Shown here: positions 1 through 11,025 of the stretch, in pieces | Layout: each line of letters opens with the position of its first letter | Numbering within the stretch: the stretch's first letter is position 1 | DNA from: Alphaproteobacteria bacterium | Lineage (GTDB): Bacteria; Pseudomonadota; Alphaproteobacteria; MPNO01; UBA830 | Length of the DNA stretch: 64,000 nt | NCBI GenBank assembly: GCA_965243135.1 | Contig: OZ251539.1 | Coordinates: 3,008,001 to 3,072,000 of the forward strand | Direction of reading: 5' to 3' | The notes under the pieces: model-generated | Told to the model about the DNA's origin: nothing | Database searches by the model: none | What the model saw: only the letters and a program-made list of their open reading frames with translations | Program-made: the position numbers and the translations under genes

Positions 1-225
1 TACCCCGACCACACCCTTGCCGTCTTCCACGGCCCCGGACGCCTCGCTCTCTACCGGGCCGACGGGGCTCCGACCGCAACCCGGAAGGCCGCGTGACCCG
101 CTTCGACGCGATTTTCCGGAGGCGTGGACAGCCGCTTCGCGCCTGACCACTTCCCCACAGGCCCAACCACCACAACGGAAGCGGTCAATTAATTTGGTAC
201 CTACCAGTTCAAAATGTTCTTGACA
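1..225 (+). mobile_element. Right end of an IS1202-like (ISNCY/IS481-related) element, with transposase C-terminus (1-96) and terminal ...TTCTTGACA
   Basis: Frame 1 reads YPDHTLAVFHGPGRLALYRADG...*, typical of this transposase tail. The reverse complement of the end (TGTCAAGAACA...GTACCAAAT) resembles the left end at 5965 (TGTCAGTAACA...GTACCAAAT). Confidence 0.75.
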
Positions 226-501
226 GAAGTCGGCGGCGGCAGGCGCGTCCCCTGGCGCGGCAAGCAGCCGGCAGTTTCCGCGGCGGCACGGGCCGCCGGC
301 GGGGAAAAGCGCGGAGGCGCAGCTACGCTTCAGGCGCTTACCGGTCGGGCGGGCGCGAGCGCTGCCGCCGGGCAACGGTTCCGTCGAACGAGAGCGTCGT
401 CCGGTCGAGCGAGCGGACTTCCGCCGCCGAAAACCATGGGCTCGTTCGAAGCCATCAACCGAAGCGGCTCGCGAAACCGGAAACGGTGATGGCAGGCATT
501 G

Positions 502-605
502 GCCTCCGTTTTTGAACTCACCTGCCTGACCTCTCCGCAACATGAAAACGGTCGGTCAGCCACCACGCGCGTTGCGCTTCGAACTTGAAGGGGCGTCCGA
601 GAGTG
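502..605. repeat. Diverged copy of the ~100-bp stem-loop element at 10826-10930
   Basis: gcctccgtttt...tccgcaacatg-aaacgg...tcagcc...gttgc...tccgag is shared with 10826-10930. Confidence 0.7.
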
Positions 606-1186
606 AGATTATTATAGGACCTCAAGTCGTAGACGGAGAAGCGATGTGCGAAAATTTAAGAATCGCAACGAAACGAGCTGGATTGCCGACAACGGTAAAT
701 GTGTCGAAGATGCGAACCTGAATCGCAGCAGCGCTTCCGAACGACGGAAACTCAGGAAGGGAACGATTTCGTTCTCGAAGCGCAACTTGATGACTTGGCG
801 ACTGCATCGGTGATTGCGAGGTTGTGGGGAGGTCGGGCGACAGCGATTCCGAGACTGGCTCAATGGCTATCGTCATCCGAGCGATCGGAAACGTTTCGAA
901 ATCCATACGCTGAGAACCGGGGGGGGGCGGAGAATGGAAACGGACGGAAGTGGCGGCATCCTCAAGAGCGGCGGCCGGGGGCCAATGCGCCTGTTTCCAA
1001 CCCGTCGAGCCTACTGACGCTTCGAAGCCTCGGCCTGCAGGCTGGGTATGCCTGACAATAGCCGGCGAGACAGGAATAATCCTGCTTGGTCGGGCGGCGG
1101 GTTGCGGTAGCCGGCGGCGACGGTCAGCGCCGCTGCTTTGAGCGTCCTCGGCTTCGGCGTTCTCGGCAGTTTCGTCGCGTAGTCCT

Positions 1187-1614
1187 CGCTACCCGGAGAA
1201 CGAAAAAATTTCGTCCGGGGACCGGACACAGGTGCGCACTTGCGACCGACGAACGGGGGGCTTTGCCGTCGGCGACGGCCCTCCAGCGGCGGGACGCGGT
1301 GCGCCAGGAGGCGGAAACGTCGTGCGGAGGCAAGTCGGCAGGTGACGTTCTGGAAAACGTAGCGCACGCGTGCCAAGGCGGCGCGCAACGAGCTGAAACC
1401 CCTGAAGTCGGCCTCTTCGGCGAACGAGCGGGCCGCCCGCGGCGCGTAAGCTTCGCAAGTTCGGCCGCAAGAGCGAGCGCACCGCGCGGAAGAGCGACGA
1501 GAGGCCCGGCGGGGGCGACGGCCCGGGTCGCCGTCGCGCGGACGCGAGCCGCGCTTGCCGGGTTCCCGGCCGCTGTCCGCGGCAAGCCTTGCGCGGGAAA
1601 CGGAGAAAAGGTCG
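1187..1614. repeat. ~420-bp dispersed repeat, inverted copy at 34560-34971
   Basis: aaatttcgtccggggaccggacac, cacttgcgaccgacg and gctgtccgcggcaagccttgcgc match the reverse complement of 34560-34971. Confidence 0.8.
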
Positions 1615-2090
1615 CTCGTCGAGTTTCGCGCCGCGGCGTTGTCGCCGGCCCCCGTTCGACGCCGAAGCGGGAGGCGCGCCGGCGCCGCGGTCGGTCGCGA
1701 ACGACGGCGCCGGGACTTGCGCCCCGCGCGACCGCGGCAGTCGCTCGACTTCGAGGTCTTGCCGGCAGGGAACGGCGTCAGGCACCCTTCGTTCGCGCCC
1801 GACCGTCGGCGTCGTTCGTTCGGCGACGGTCTCCGGCGCAGCGGTCTGGCGGCGCCTTGAGCGCCGTCATGTTCTCCTCGTGGCGGCGTTCTTCGGCTTC
1901 GCGCCGCTGCTTCGTGGCGGCGCGCTGCTGTTGCCCGCGTTGGTCGTTGGCGCGGACGCCGTACGCCGACGGCCGCGACGGCGTTGACGGAAGCGACGGC
2001 GAGGTTGGCGATCTCGAAGGGGTAATGAGCGTCCTTTCCGGAAACGGTATCCGCGGCGCCGATGCGCTCGTCAAGAGAGAGGTTTGCGCC

Positions 2091-2110
2091 AGCCTTAGCG
2101 GGAATTGCTG
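2091..2110. repeat. Solo ISNCY-type terminal repeat
   Basis: agccttagcgggaattgctg is identical to the IS ends at 8261-8280, 52430-52449 and 59493-59512, with no transposase next to it. Confidence 0.8.
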
Positions 2111-4368
2111 GCGGACGAGCGCCCGAAGAGGCGCATGCCTGGCTTCCCTGGAGTGCGGATCCGAGCGCGTCCGCACCTGGCGCAACCAACTTCCGCAAGG
2201 ACCGTGAGCTTTGCGGGCGGAAATTCTTGGAAGCCGACATCTGTCGCGATCGCGCAACGGAACCCGCCTCTCAAACGCACGCCCCTGTCGTGCGCGCGAA
2301 CGTCTCGACTGGCGCAAGCCCAACGGCGGCCTGAAAGATACGAGTGCTCGCGCCGCCCTGCTGCGGAGACGGCCTCTGCCGCCGCCGTAGCGCCGGTCCA
2401 CCCGCGTTCGCCATCCAATTTCGCCGTCTCCTGAAACCGAACCGCCCTTGTTCCCAACTCCCGAACGTCAGGTCCGTCCGCTACGCACCTGTCCGCAACG
2501 CCAGCTCGCTCCGGGGAAATCCTGCCGCCCGCAGTAGGCAACCATGGTGCACGTTCGACACGCTCAATGCGCGGCCAAGAAGCCCAGGTCGGCGTTGTCC
2601 TCGACCTCGTCCGTCTTCCGGTGCAATTGACGAGAGCGTCGAACTCGCCGAGCGCGCGTTCCATCGCCCGCGGTGCGTCCACTCGCGCCGGCGGAACGAG
2701 CTCGAACGGCTCTCCGGCCTCCATGTGGGCGGGGGCGCGCCGGACGTCGTGCCTGCCCGTTCGGCCCCGGCGGCAGCGCCTTCAGATCTCGGCGACGCCG
2801 TCCCCGGCGGTCGTTTCGGCGCGCCGGCCGAGCGCCCGGTCGAAAGCGACCCTGCAGCTCCGCCGGTCGCCGTACCGTCTCCGCTTCCCTCGGGACGCGC
2901 CAGGCGACGAGCTCGCCGAGCGGATCGGTAGACGTTGGCGGACGACGTCCGGCCGTTCGCCTTCTCGGAGTCGGCTTCGAGCATGAACGTCTGCGCATGC
3001 GCTGCGCGCGTGCGGGCTGCGCGCCGTCGAGCGGCAGCCGGCCCGTCTTCCAGGCGCCGAAGGTCATGCCGGACGAGGGCGCGGCGAAAGGCCGTGGACC
3101 GTCGCCTGACGCGGCGCGGCCACGCAAAAGTCTTCGTCGGCGAGCGGCAACGCGCCCTTTTCCGCCATTTCGTTGACGCGGACGGTATCGTGCCGCTGTT
3201 TTCGTCGGCGACGACGCCCTCTTCCTGAAAACCGTAGACGCTGCGCGACGACGGGTATCGGCGCGCGCCCGCTTCCTTGGCCGTGCGGGCGTTTCGAGCC
3301 CGCGAATCCCGGCTCCCGGGTCGCCTCCTGAAACAGTTCGCCCGACGGGTCGTTGGGCGGCGAGGCGCCGCGTCGACGCCCCGCTCGCGGGTTGCGGTTG
3401 TCTTCGGCCTGCAAGCCGTTCCGCCTCCGGCATGCCGTCCGAAGAAGAACCTGTCCACGGCCTTGACGGCGTGGTTTGCCCAAGCGGGGAACAAGGGTGG
3501 CCGCCCGCGCCGGTCACCAAAACCTTCAAGCTCGTCCGCGGAATGGCGAGTTTCCTGCCCTCGGCGGGAAGGTTGGCCCTTTGGCGCGCGGCGCACCGCC
3601 CTTGCGCGGGCTGGCGCCTGCGGCGGCCGCTTTCCTCCCCGAGAGGCATGGACTGTCTCGACATGAACGGAAACGAACGGCGGAATGCCGGAACTTTGGG
3701 ACCGAAGCAACCGTCCCGCGGCGCGTCCGAACGCCCGCGCCCGTCCGCCCTCCAGGAGTATACCCGTTCCCGCTCGAGCGAGGCGGCGTTGCGCGAAGCC
3801 GGCGCCCCGTCCGCCCCTCGCCGCCGCTCCGCCTTCCTGACGAAGGCCGCGTCGCCGACCCCGCTCGTCCATCGGCGGAATCTCGGGCGCAGGCGCGGGC
3901 CGCGAACCCCGGTCGCAGGCCGGCGCGCCGGTCTCGCAGTCGTCGAGCGCGGTGAACCCCTCGGCGGTCCGTTCGGGGATTTCCGGAGGCATGAGGAAGA
4001 CTCCGCGCGCCGTGAGGTTTTCCGTAAGGGCCGAGGGCGAACGGCGCGGCCGTCCTTCCCCGGCGGTTCGCGCGCCCCGACGACGACCGGTAGATTCCTG
4101 CGAGCGGCGGCGGCGTCTTGCCCGCGCCGTTCGCGCTGGCCAGCCCGGCGCGGAAGACTGTTCTCGAGCGAGCGGCTGTCCGCGCCGCAAACGGCCACGG
4201 TCGCGGCGTCGAGCCGCAGTTCGGCGCGCGCGACCCGCCAGGCGCGGTGCATGGCCGGCGTCGCCGCCCGGCTCCAGGAAGCGGCAGTGGCGGCCGCCGC
4301 GAGCGCGCGGTCGGTCGGCGCTTTTCGCGGAGGCGCCGCCTGCGTCCGAACGGCAACGGCTCCCGGCC

Positions 4369-5913
4369 TTAGACGGTCTCGAACTCGAACCCGACGATGT
4401 TGCGCTCCTCCCGGCCGAACTCCACCCCGATCAGGTGGACCGGCACGCCCGGTCGCCGGTACTTGTCCGCGTAGCCGCGCTCCCGAATCTGCGCCAGCGC
4501 CCGGCCTTGCGGCTTCCCGTCCGCGACCTTGAACTCGAACAGGTAGACGCCGCCGCCATGCAGCACCGCGAGGTCCGAGCGGCCGCGCGCCGTGCTCTCC
4601 TCGGCGCGGACATCCATCCCCGCCGCCGCGAAGTGCGAGTAGAACACGCTCGCGTAGTGCGCCTCGTAGCCAGCCATGCCCGTGTTCGCGTACCACTCGT
4701 TCGGGATGCTCGCCAGGAACGCCCGAAACCGCCGCTCGAGGCCCGCGAAGTCGTTCTCGCGCATCAGGCGCCGCAACTCCCGGCTCTCCGCCGCGACCGC
4801 GACATCCGGCGCCATCGCCTCCAGCAGGAGCGCGTTCAGGCTGCGCTTCACCTCATGGTTCGGGTAGTCCAGCCGGTAGAGGGGCGCGTCCTCGTCCCGC
4901 TTCTCGTCGGCGACGGTCAGGTAGCCGGTCTGGAACAGAAGCGCCTCGACGGGAATGCGGTCGACGTCGATGGCCGACAGCAGGTCGTCGTCCGCGATCA
5001 TGCCCTCCAGGGCCGGCGCCGAGACCCGGCGCCGCGCCAGAAGGTCGACGAGAAAGGTCGGCGTGCCGCTCTGGAACCAGTACGGGCGGAATCTGCGCTT
5101 GTCGAACAGCAGCAGGATGTCGTGCGGATTGTAGACCCTCTCCGGTCCGAGCCAGTTGTAGCCGTTGTACCAGCGCCGGACCTTGTCCCGGTCCAGGCCC
5201 TCGAGTTCCGGGGCGAACACCGCGTCCAGCTCGTCGTCGGTGTAGCCGCACATGGCGCCGTAGCGCTCGTCCAGCGTGATGTCGTTCAGGTTGTTCAGGC
5301 CCGAGAACAGGCCCGCATGCGAGAACTTGCTCACGCCGGTAAGGAAGGCGAACCGGATATGCGCGTCGCAGTCCTTGACGACGCTGTAGAAGCCGCGCAG
5401 GAAGTCGCGGTTGGCCAGCGCCAGTTTCCGGTCGCCGAGCGCGTCCAGGATCGGCTTGTCGTATTCGTCCACCAGAACGACCGCCCGCTGCCCGGCGCGC
5501 TCGTGCAGCGTCCTTATCAGGCGCCGGAAACGGACCGCCGCCCCGGCGGGGCCCGGTTCGAGGCCGGCCAGCCGCTCCGTTTCCTCCAATTGATCTTCCA
5601 CGTTTCTCCGAACGAGGTCCGGGGAGTCGAAATTGCCGCCGCCGAAGCTGATCCGCACGACCGGATGGCGCGCCGACCAGTCCCACCTGTCGTGTATGGC
5701 GAGATCGCGAAACAGCTCCTCGCTTCCCTCGAACAGCTCTTGCAGCGTGTCCACCAGCAGGGTCTTGCCGAACCGGCGCGGACGCGACAGGAAATAGTAC
5801 TTGCCCCCTTCGACGAGCCGGCGCGCATGGTCCGTCTTGTCGACGTAGTAGCAGTCCATCCCCCGGATCTCCCGGAGGGAGGAAAAGCCGATCGGAAGCA
5901 TGCGTTTCGTCAT
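4369..5913 (-). CDS. AAA-ATPase-like + PD-(D/E)XK nuclease protein (copy 1)
   Basis: YYVDKT, Walker A RPRRFGKT, Walker B VVLVDEYDKP, FLTGVSKF, YNP, and C-terminal GRSDL...FEFK...ALAQIRERGY; 514 aa from ATG 5913. Confidence 0.92.
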   Translation of the reverse strand: MTKRMLPIGFSSLREIRGMDCYYVDKTDHARRLVEGGKYYFLSRPRRFGKTLLVDTLQELFEGSEELFRDLAIHDRWDWSARHPVVRISFGGGNFDSPDLVRRNVEDQLEETERLAGLEPGPAGAAVRFRRLIRTLHERAGQRAVVLVDEYDKPILDALGDRKLALANRDFLRGFYSVVKDCDAHIRFAFLTGVSKFSHAGLFSGLNNLNDITLDERYGAMCGYTDDELDAVFAPELEGLDRDKVRRWYNGYNWLGPERVYNPHDILLLFDKRRFRPYWFQSGTPTFLVDLLARRRVSAPALEGMIADDDLLSAIDVDRIPVEALLFQTGYLTVADEKRDEDAPLYRLDYPNHEVKRSLNALLLEAMAPDVAVAAESRELRRLMRENDFAGLERRFRAFLASIPNEWYANTGMAGYEAHYASVFYSHFAAAGMDVRAEESTARGRSDLAVLHGGGVYLFEFKVADGKPQGRALAQIRERGYADKYRRPGVPVHLIGVEFGREERNIVGFEFETV

Positions 5914-5919
5914 TCGGCG

Positions 5920-5948
5920 AGAGTAGGCCGCCGCGCCGGAACCGTCAA
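5920..5948 (-). promoter_or_regulatory. Sigma70-like promoter of AAA copy 1 (probably leaderless)
   Basis: TTGACG-17 nt-TACTCT-6 nt-ATG on the minus strand; no Shine-Dalgarno. Confidence 0.65.
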
Positions 5949-5964
5949 GGAGGAGGTGGGTCCG

Positions 5965-6624
5965 TGTCAGTAACAGATGATATGTCCGGTCCATGTACCA
6001 AATGATCTCTTAGAAGGCTTCCAGACCAAAGGAGGTGGCGGCGGACGGAACAACGACAGGGACTGAGGAAGTTCGAAGAGGTGTCGCACCGGGGGTGCTG
6101 AGCCAGAGCGAGGCGGCGGAGGGCGTTTCGGAGCGCACCTTCCGGCGCTGGCGCGACGAGGCGGAGGGCGCGGAAGGGTTGTACGACCGTCGCCTGGGCC
6201 GGGTCTCGGCGCGCCGGGCCGGCGCGGACGAGGTGGCGCAGGTTCTGGAATTGTTCGACACCCGGTACTGGGACTTCAACGCCAGACACTTTCACGAGAA
6301 GCTGGTCGCCTGCCATGGCGTCCGGCGCAGCTACAACTGGGTCCGGCTGACCTTGCAGGCCCATGGCCGCGTGCGAGCCGCGCCGCGCCGCGGCGCCCAC
6401 CGGCGCAAGCGCCCGCGGCGGGCGCTGCCCGGTATGATGCTGCACCAGGACGGCTCGCGCCACGAGTGGGTGTCCGGTCGGCAGTGGGCGTCACCATGGA
6501 CGACGCCACCAGCGAGGTCTACTCGGCTTTCTTCGTCGCCGAGGAAGGCACCATGTCGACTTTCCAGGCGCTTCGCGAGGTGGTCGGAGAGCGCGGGCTG
6601 TTCTGCTCGTTCTACACCGACCGG
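5965..6624 (+). pseudogene. IS1202-like element: left end and truncated, frameshifted transposase
   Basis: Starts TGTCAG. HTH SQSEAAE-GVSERTFRRW, RRKRPRRALPGMMLHQDGSRHEW, then MDDATSEVY...LFCSFYTDR in another frame; breaks off after TDR. Confidence 0.8.
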
Positions 6625-6636
6625 CGCACCTTCGGT

Positions 6637-8280
6637 CAGAAATTCCCGCTAACTTGTAGTGGTCGTGCCAAATCAGATGTAAAGGACTTTCTCGGCAGAA
6701 GGTACGACCGTCAGGACGAACGTCTAACGTTCGGCTTAATGACCGAAGCTTTCGTTGGTTATGTTTCCCCCTGAAGAACCTGCTACACACTTCGAAAATT
6801 TATTATATCAAGAAGTATCGTAAGGTTCCAGAATCGGTTTTTTGTATCCGAACGCTATAGCACGATAAAGCGCTTCCCAGCCTGGTAGTGAAAAGTTGAA
6901 GAACATAGCTCTCAACTTCTCCCACAGGTAGATGGAACGCTCGGCTTTCTTCCGTGCTCTTTGAAACAGATTGCAACATCTCTGCTGAATCTGGTCGATC
7001 AGGAAAGCCAGCATCATCAAGTTAGCAAAAACATTCGACAGATGCTTGTAACCATGACCGAAGTTGTGTTCGAAGCTGTAACCTTGGTTCTTCAGGGTGT
7101 TGAAGGTCTCGTTTTCGATACGCCAACGCGCACGCCCGGCACGCATTATCTCCATCAGGTTGTGATCTCCTACTGGCAGGTCTGTAACCCAGGAAAAGCG
7201 TTGCTTTTTGCCGTCGGGGCGCTTTTCCCAGTATTCAACAAAGTTGACTTCAAGGTCGAAATTCGCGTCGTTGAGTGGTGCCTTGTTAAGATATCTGAAT
7301 TCGTGCATTATACCTTCTTCATCGGAGAATTCGGCACGTTTCACAGATCGTGACCTGTTCACTAAATCAAACAAAAATTTATGGTCTCCCGGCTTCGCTC
7401 CCAGTATGAAGCGAAGGTTCAACTCCTTGAGATGCTTGACATGCGGGCCGTTCGAGGCAAGTCCGTCCTCTACCACTATCAATTTCAAAAACGGATGCTC
7501 CCGCCGCACATCGCGCAACAATCGTGTCGCCGCGTTGCGTTCGCAATCGTTTTTCTTCTTTCCATCTTTCTTGGTGATCGGCTCCGGCGCAAGAGGGAAA
7601 ACTTCCTTTTGTTCCGGATGTACGAGAACTGCCCCTAGCATCTGATGGTAGTACGTGATTGTTCCGTCCCTGTGGTGCTTTTCACAGCAGCTTTTACAGT
7701 GCACCTTGTGAGATGAAAAATATCCCGTTCCGTCAACGGATAAAAGATAATGCCCGCCTAGACATGTGTAACCTTCCAGACCCTTTCCACGCTGAAGCAA
7801 CTGGAACATCTTCGTGAAAGCGGGGCGTAAACTATGGGGGTCCACGTCGTCCAGACGCTCGCGCAACCTGGTATCGGAAGGCGCTCTCTCTATCCCGTAC
7901 AACGTCGCAAGATTATTGCGAACCGTTTCATCAAAACGTGCGTCGCGATCAAACTTTAAAAGAGATTTGTATTTCAAACCAAATACCGCAATCCCCGACA
8001 TCAGGCAATCCGAAAGAGCGACGCCTCGACTCGCCGTCAGATCCTCAATGCCGTCAAAAACCCCCCGGAGCGCCTTCAGCAATCCCGGAGCGCTGAGCGT
8101 CTTGCGCATGCTTGGCATTCTAGCCATTTTGGTACGATCCCGCCTCGCCTTCGAACCATTTTCCAGAGAAAAATTCTCCGCTCGAAGACAAATAGCCCCG
8201 AATCGCCTCGAAAAGTCTACGAAAATTTTTTTTCGGACCCCATATTTTCCAAGGGTTTCAAGCCTTAGCGGGAATTGCTG
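6637..8280 (-). mobile_element. ISNCY-type insertion sequence, copy A (1644 bp)
   Basis: Terminal IR CAG(A/C)AATTCCCGCTAA; 9-bp target duplication ACCTTCGGT (6628-6636 and 8281-8289); lower GC than flanks. Confidence 0.93.
6808..8127 (-). CDS. DDE transposase of ISNCY-type IS (439 aa)
   Basis: LSVDGTG, VVEDGL, GRARWRIENETFNTLK motifs; Cys/His cluster HCKSCCEKHH. Confidence 0.9.
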   Translation of the reverse strand: MARMPSMRKTLSAPGLLKALRGVFDGIEDLTASRGVALSDCLMSGIAVFGLKYKSLLKFDRDARFDETVRNNLATLYGIERAPSDTRLRERLDDVDPHSLRPAFTKMFQLLQRGKGLEGYTCLGGHYLLSVDGTGYFSSHKVHCKSCCEKHHRDGTITYYHQMLGAVLVHPEQKEVFPLAPEPITKKDGKKKNDCERNAATRLLRDVRREHPFLKLIVVEDGLASNGPHVKHLKELNLRFILGAKPGDHKFLFDLVNRSRSVKRAEFSDEEGIMHEFRYLNKAPLNDANFDLEVNFVEYWEKRPDGKKQRFSWVTDLPVGDHNLMEIMRAGRARWRIENETFNTLKNQGYSFEHNFGHGYKHLSNVFANLMMLAFLIDQIQQRCCNLFQRARKKAERSIYLWEKLRAMFFNFSLPGWEALYRAIAFGYKKPILEPYDTS

Positions 8281-8405
8281 ACCTTCGGTGCTTTGGCGCA
8301 TTAACCCTTTGATATAGCGCGTTTCTTTTTCGCGAAACCAGTCGGCGGGGACGGCCGCAGCGCCTGCTTCGTTCCCCGTCTGCAACGATTTCGGGGGAAA
8401 GAAGC

Positions 8406-9477
8406 ATGGTCCGTCTCAACCAACGCAGGGTCGACGCTCTCAAGCCGCGCGAATCCGCCTACGACGTTCGCGACGACGAACTCAAGGGGTTCGGCGTCAG
8501 GATCCTTCCATCGGGCGGGAAGCGATACTTCGTCCACAGCCAGCGCGACGGCAGGCGCGTCTGGAGGATCGTCGGCAAGGACATCGCCGAGGAAGAAGCC
8601 CGTGCGCGGGCGAAGGCCGTTCTGGCCTGCGGCGGACCGCCGTCGGCGGCGTCGTTCGAGGCGGTCGCGGAAGAAGTGTTCGAGCGTTACGGGCGGCACT
8701 GGAAACCCGGCACGCTCAAGGTCAACCGCTACTATTACAGGAACCAGATCCTGCCGTGGTTCGAAGGACGCCGCCGGGATAACGCGGCAGGACGTCCAGC
8801 GCTGGTTCGCTTCGCTGCACGCGACGCCCGCGGCGGCGGACCGTTCGGCGCCGATCCTGTCGGTCATCATGCGGCAGGCGGAGGTCTACGGTTACCGGCC
8901 GGAGGACAGCAACCCGTGCAAGGGCATCCGACGCTATCGGCGGCAGGGGTGCGAACGGTTCCTGACGGCTCCGGAGATTCGCCGTCTCGGGGCGGTTCTG
9001 GCGGGCCGCGAGCCCGACCGGCGCGTCGCGGTCGTCCGCCTGCTGTTGCTGACCGGCTGCCGCAAGAGCGAAATCCTGACGCTGCGATGGATCGACTATC
9101 GCGAGGGCAAGCTGCACCTCGCGGACAGCAAGACCGGACCGCGAACCGTATGGCTGTCGTCGGCCGCCCGGCATGTCCTGGACGGGCTGGACCGGCGAAG
9201 CCGGTGGATCTTCCCCTCCGCGTCCGGTCCCCTGGCCAAAAGTTCGCTGGACAGTTTCTGGCGGCCTGCGAGGATCGAAGCGGACCTTGGCGACGTCCGG
9301 CTGCACGACCTCCGCCATACCTACGCGAGCATGGCGCTGCGGCACGGAGAGACCGTGCTGACCATCGGCCGGCTGCTCGGCCACAACAAGCCGGAAACCA
9401 CCCTCAAATACGCGCATACGGCCGACGGGACGGTCCGCGAAGCGGTCGAGGCGGTCGGCGCGGCGCTGGAGGGCTGA
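8406..9477 (+). pseudogene. Tyrosine recombinase 1 with arm-binding N-domain (frameshift near 8770)
   Basis: N-terminal DDELKGFGVRILPSGGKRY in one frame; TGCRKSEI, SKTG, HDLRH, LLGH, TLKYAH in the next frame. Confidence 0.85.
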
Positions 9478-9480
9478 GGC

Positions 9481-10611
9481 ATGAGAATCCGGCTGACCGA
9501 CGCCCGGGTCGCCGCGCTCCGGCCCCGCAAGCGCGAATATACGGTCTGGGACGAGCGCATCGCGGGCCTCGGCGTCCGGGTCCGGCCGTCGGGACATCGC
9601 AGTTACATATATCTTCGCAGCGGACGGAAGGCGTCGCTCGGTCCGGCGGCGCTGAGAAGCATCGACGAGGCGCGCCGCGAATGCGTCGGCCTCGCAGTCA
9701 AGGAGCCGACCGGGAAGGTTCCCACGTTCGCGGAGTTCGTCGCGGGTCCGTGGAAAGAAGCCTGTTGGGAGCGCTACAAGAGGACGACGCGAACGGGGAT
9801 CGAAAGCGCGCTGAACGGGCAGTTGCTGCCGGCCTTCGGCGCCCGGCCGCTCGACCGGATCGCGGCGGTCGAGGTCAACCGCTGGTTCGACCGGTACAGC
9901 AGAACGGCGCCCGGCGGAGCCAATGAAGCCTTGAACGTGTTCAAACGGATCCTGAATCGGGCGGTCGCGAGCGGCTTGATCGAGAAGAACCCGGCGCGAG
10001 GCGTCCGGAGAAACCCGCGCCCGAAACTCACCCGCTTTCTGTCGCGGGAGGAAATCCGCCGCCTGCATCGAGAATTGGACAGGTGCGCGCCGCCGACCGC
10101 GAGACCGTCCCGCAGGCGGCAGGCGGACATCGTCCGCCTGCTGCTCGCGACTGGCTGCCGGAGGAACGAAATCGTGCGTCTGCGATGGCGCGAGGTGCAC
10201 GGAGCCGTCCTCGATCTGGCGGACGGCAAGACGGGGCCGAGAAAGGTCTTCCTGAACGCGCAGGCCCGGGCCGTCGTCGAACGCCAGCCGCGAACGGAGA
10301 GCCCGTACGTCTTTCCATCAGCGTCGGACCCGGCGCGACCGGCGAACGAAAACCTCCCGCTTTGGTATGAAGCGAGGAAGCGGGCCGGTCTGGAAGACGT
10401 TCGCCTGCACGATCTGCGGCATACGTTCGCCAGCCATGCGGTCATGCAGGGCGTTTCGCTGCCGGTGGTGGCGCGCCTGCTCGGTCACCGGAGCGTCCGG
10501 ATGACGCTTCGATACGCGCATGTCGCGGACAGGGAGGTGGAGGCGGCCGCCGAGCGGATCGGGGACATGCTTTCCGCGCTTCTGGAAAGCGCCGGAGAAA
10601 AGAGCGTGTAG
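9481..10611 (+). CDS. Tyrosine recombinase 2 (integrase, 376 aa)
   Basis: WDERIAGLGVRVRPSG arm domain; catalytic TGCRRNEI, GKTG, HDLRH, LLGH, TLRYAH; starts 3 nt after recombinase 1. Confidence 0.92.
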   Translation: MRIRLTDARVAALRPRKREYTVWDERIAGLGVRVRPSGHRSYIYLRSGRKASLGPAALRSIDEARRECVGLAVKEPTGKVPTFAEFVAGPWKEACWERYKRTTRTGIESALNGQLLPAFGARPLDRIAAVEVNRWFDRYSRTAPGGANEALNVFKRILNRAVASGLIEKNPARGVRRNPRPKLTRFLSREEIRRLHRELDRCAPPTARPSRRRQADIVRLLLATGCRRNEIVRLRWREVHGAVLDLADGKTGPRKVFLNAQARAVVERQPRTESPYVFPSASDPARPANENLPLWYEARKRAGLEDVRLHDLRHTFASHAVMQGVSLPVVARLLGHRSVRMTLRYAHVADREVEAAAERIGDMLSALLESAGEKSV

Positions 10612-11025
10612 CGGGCATGTCGTGCAAGGTAGCGCCGGAGAGCGCCGACGCCATGACGGTGCTGTGCAGGTGGCGGGCGGTTGCCCGCCGGTCGGCCTGC
10701 CTGAAACTGCGCTCGTCCGCGTTGTCGGCCGATTCGTCGTCGCGCTGTCGCGGACGAACCGCCCCCGGCGTTCGCCGCTCAGCGTGTGGATCAGGCAACG
10801 TTCGTCGCTGGCCAGGCGGCCGCAAGCCTCCGTTTTGACCTCCGCCGCGCCCGGCCTTTCCGCAACATGCAAACGGCCGCTCAGCCGCCATGCGTGTTGC
10901 ACTCCAAACCTCAATGGACCTCCGAGCGTTGACGGACGGGATGAAAGATGCTCTTTTACATTGCATGTCAATAGATGCCGCGCACGCTTTCAGAATACCG
11001 AGAGAGCGACCATGGGAGGAATATC

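Noticed and set aside
605-910. AT-rich ORFs near the window start
   Set aside because: No frame gives a recognisable protein; kept only as possible decayed cargo.
2110-4300. Long Arg/Ala/Pro-rich ORFs
   Set aside because: No recognisable motifs; probably eroded genes and GC-rich shadow frames that cannot be assigned.
8406-10930. Integron
   Set aside because: The integrases have phage-type arm domains, I saw no IntI-specific insertion, and there is no canonical attC array.
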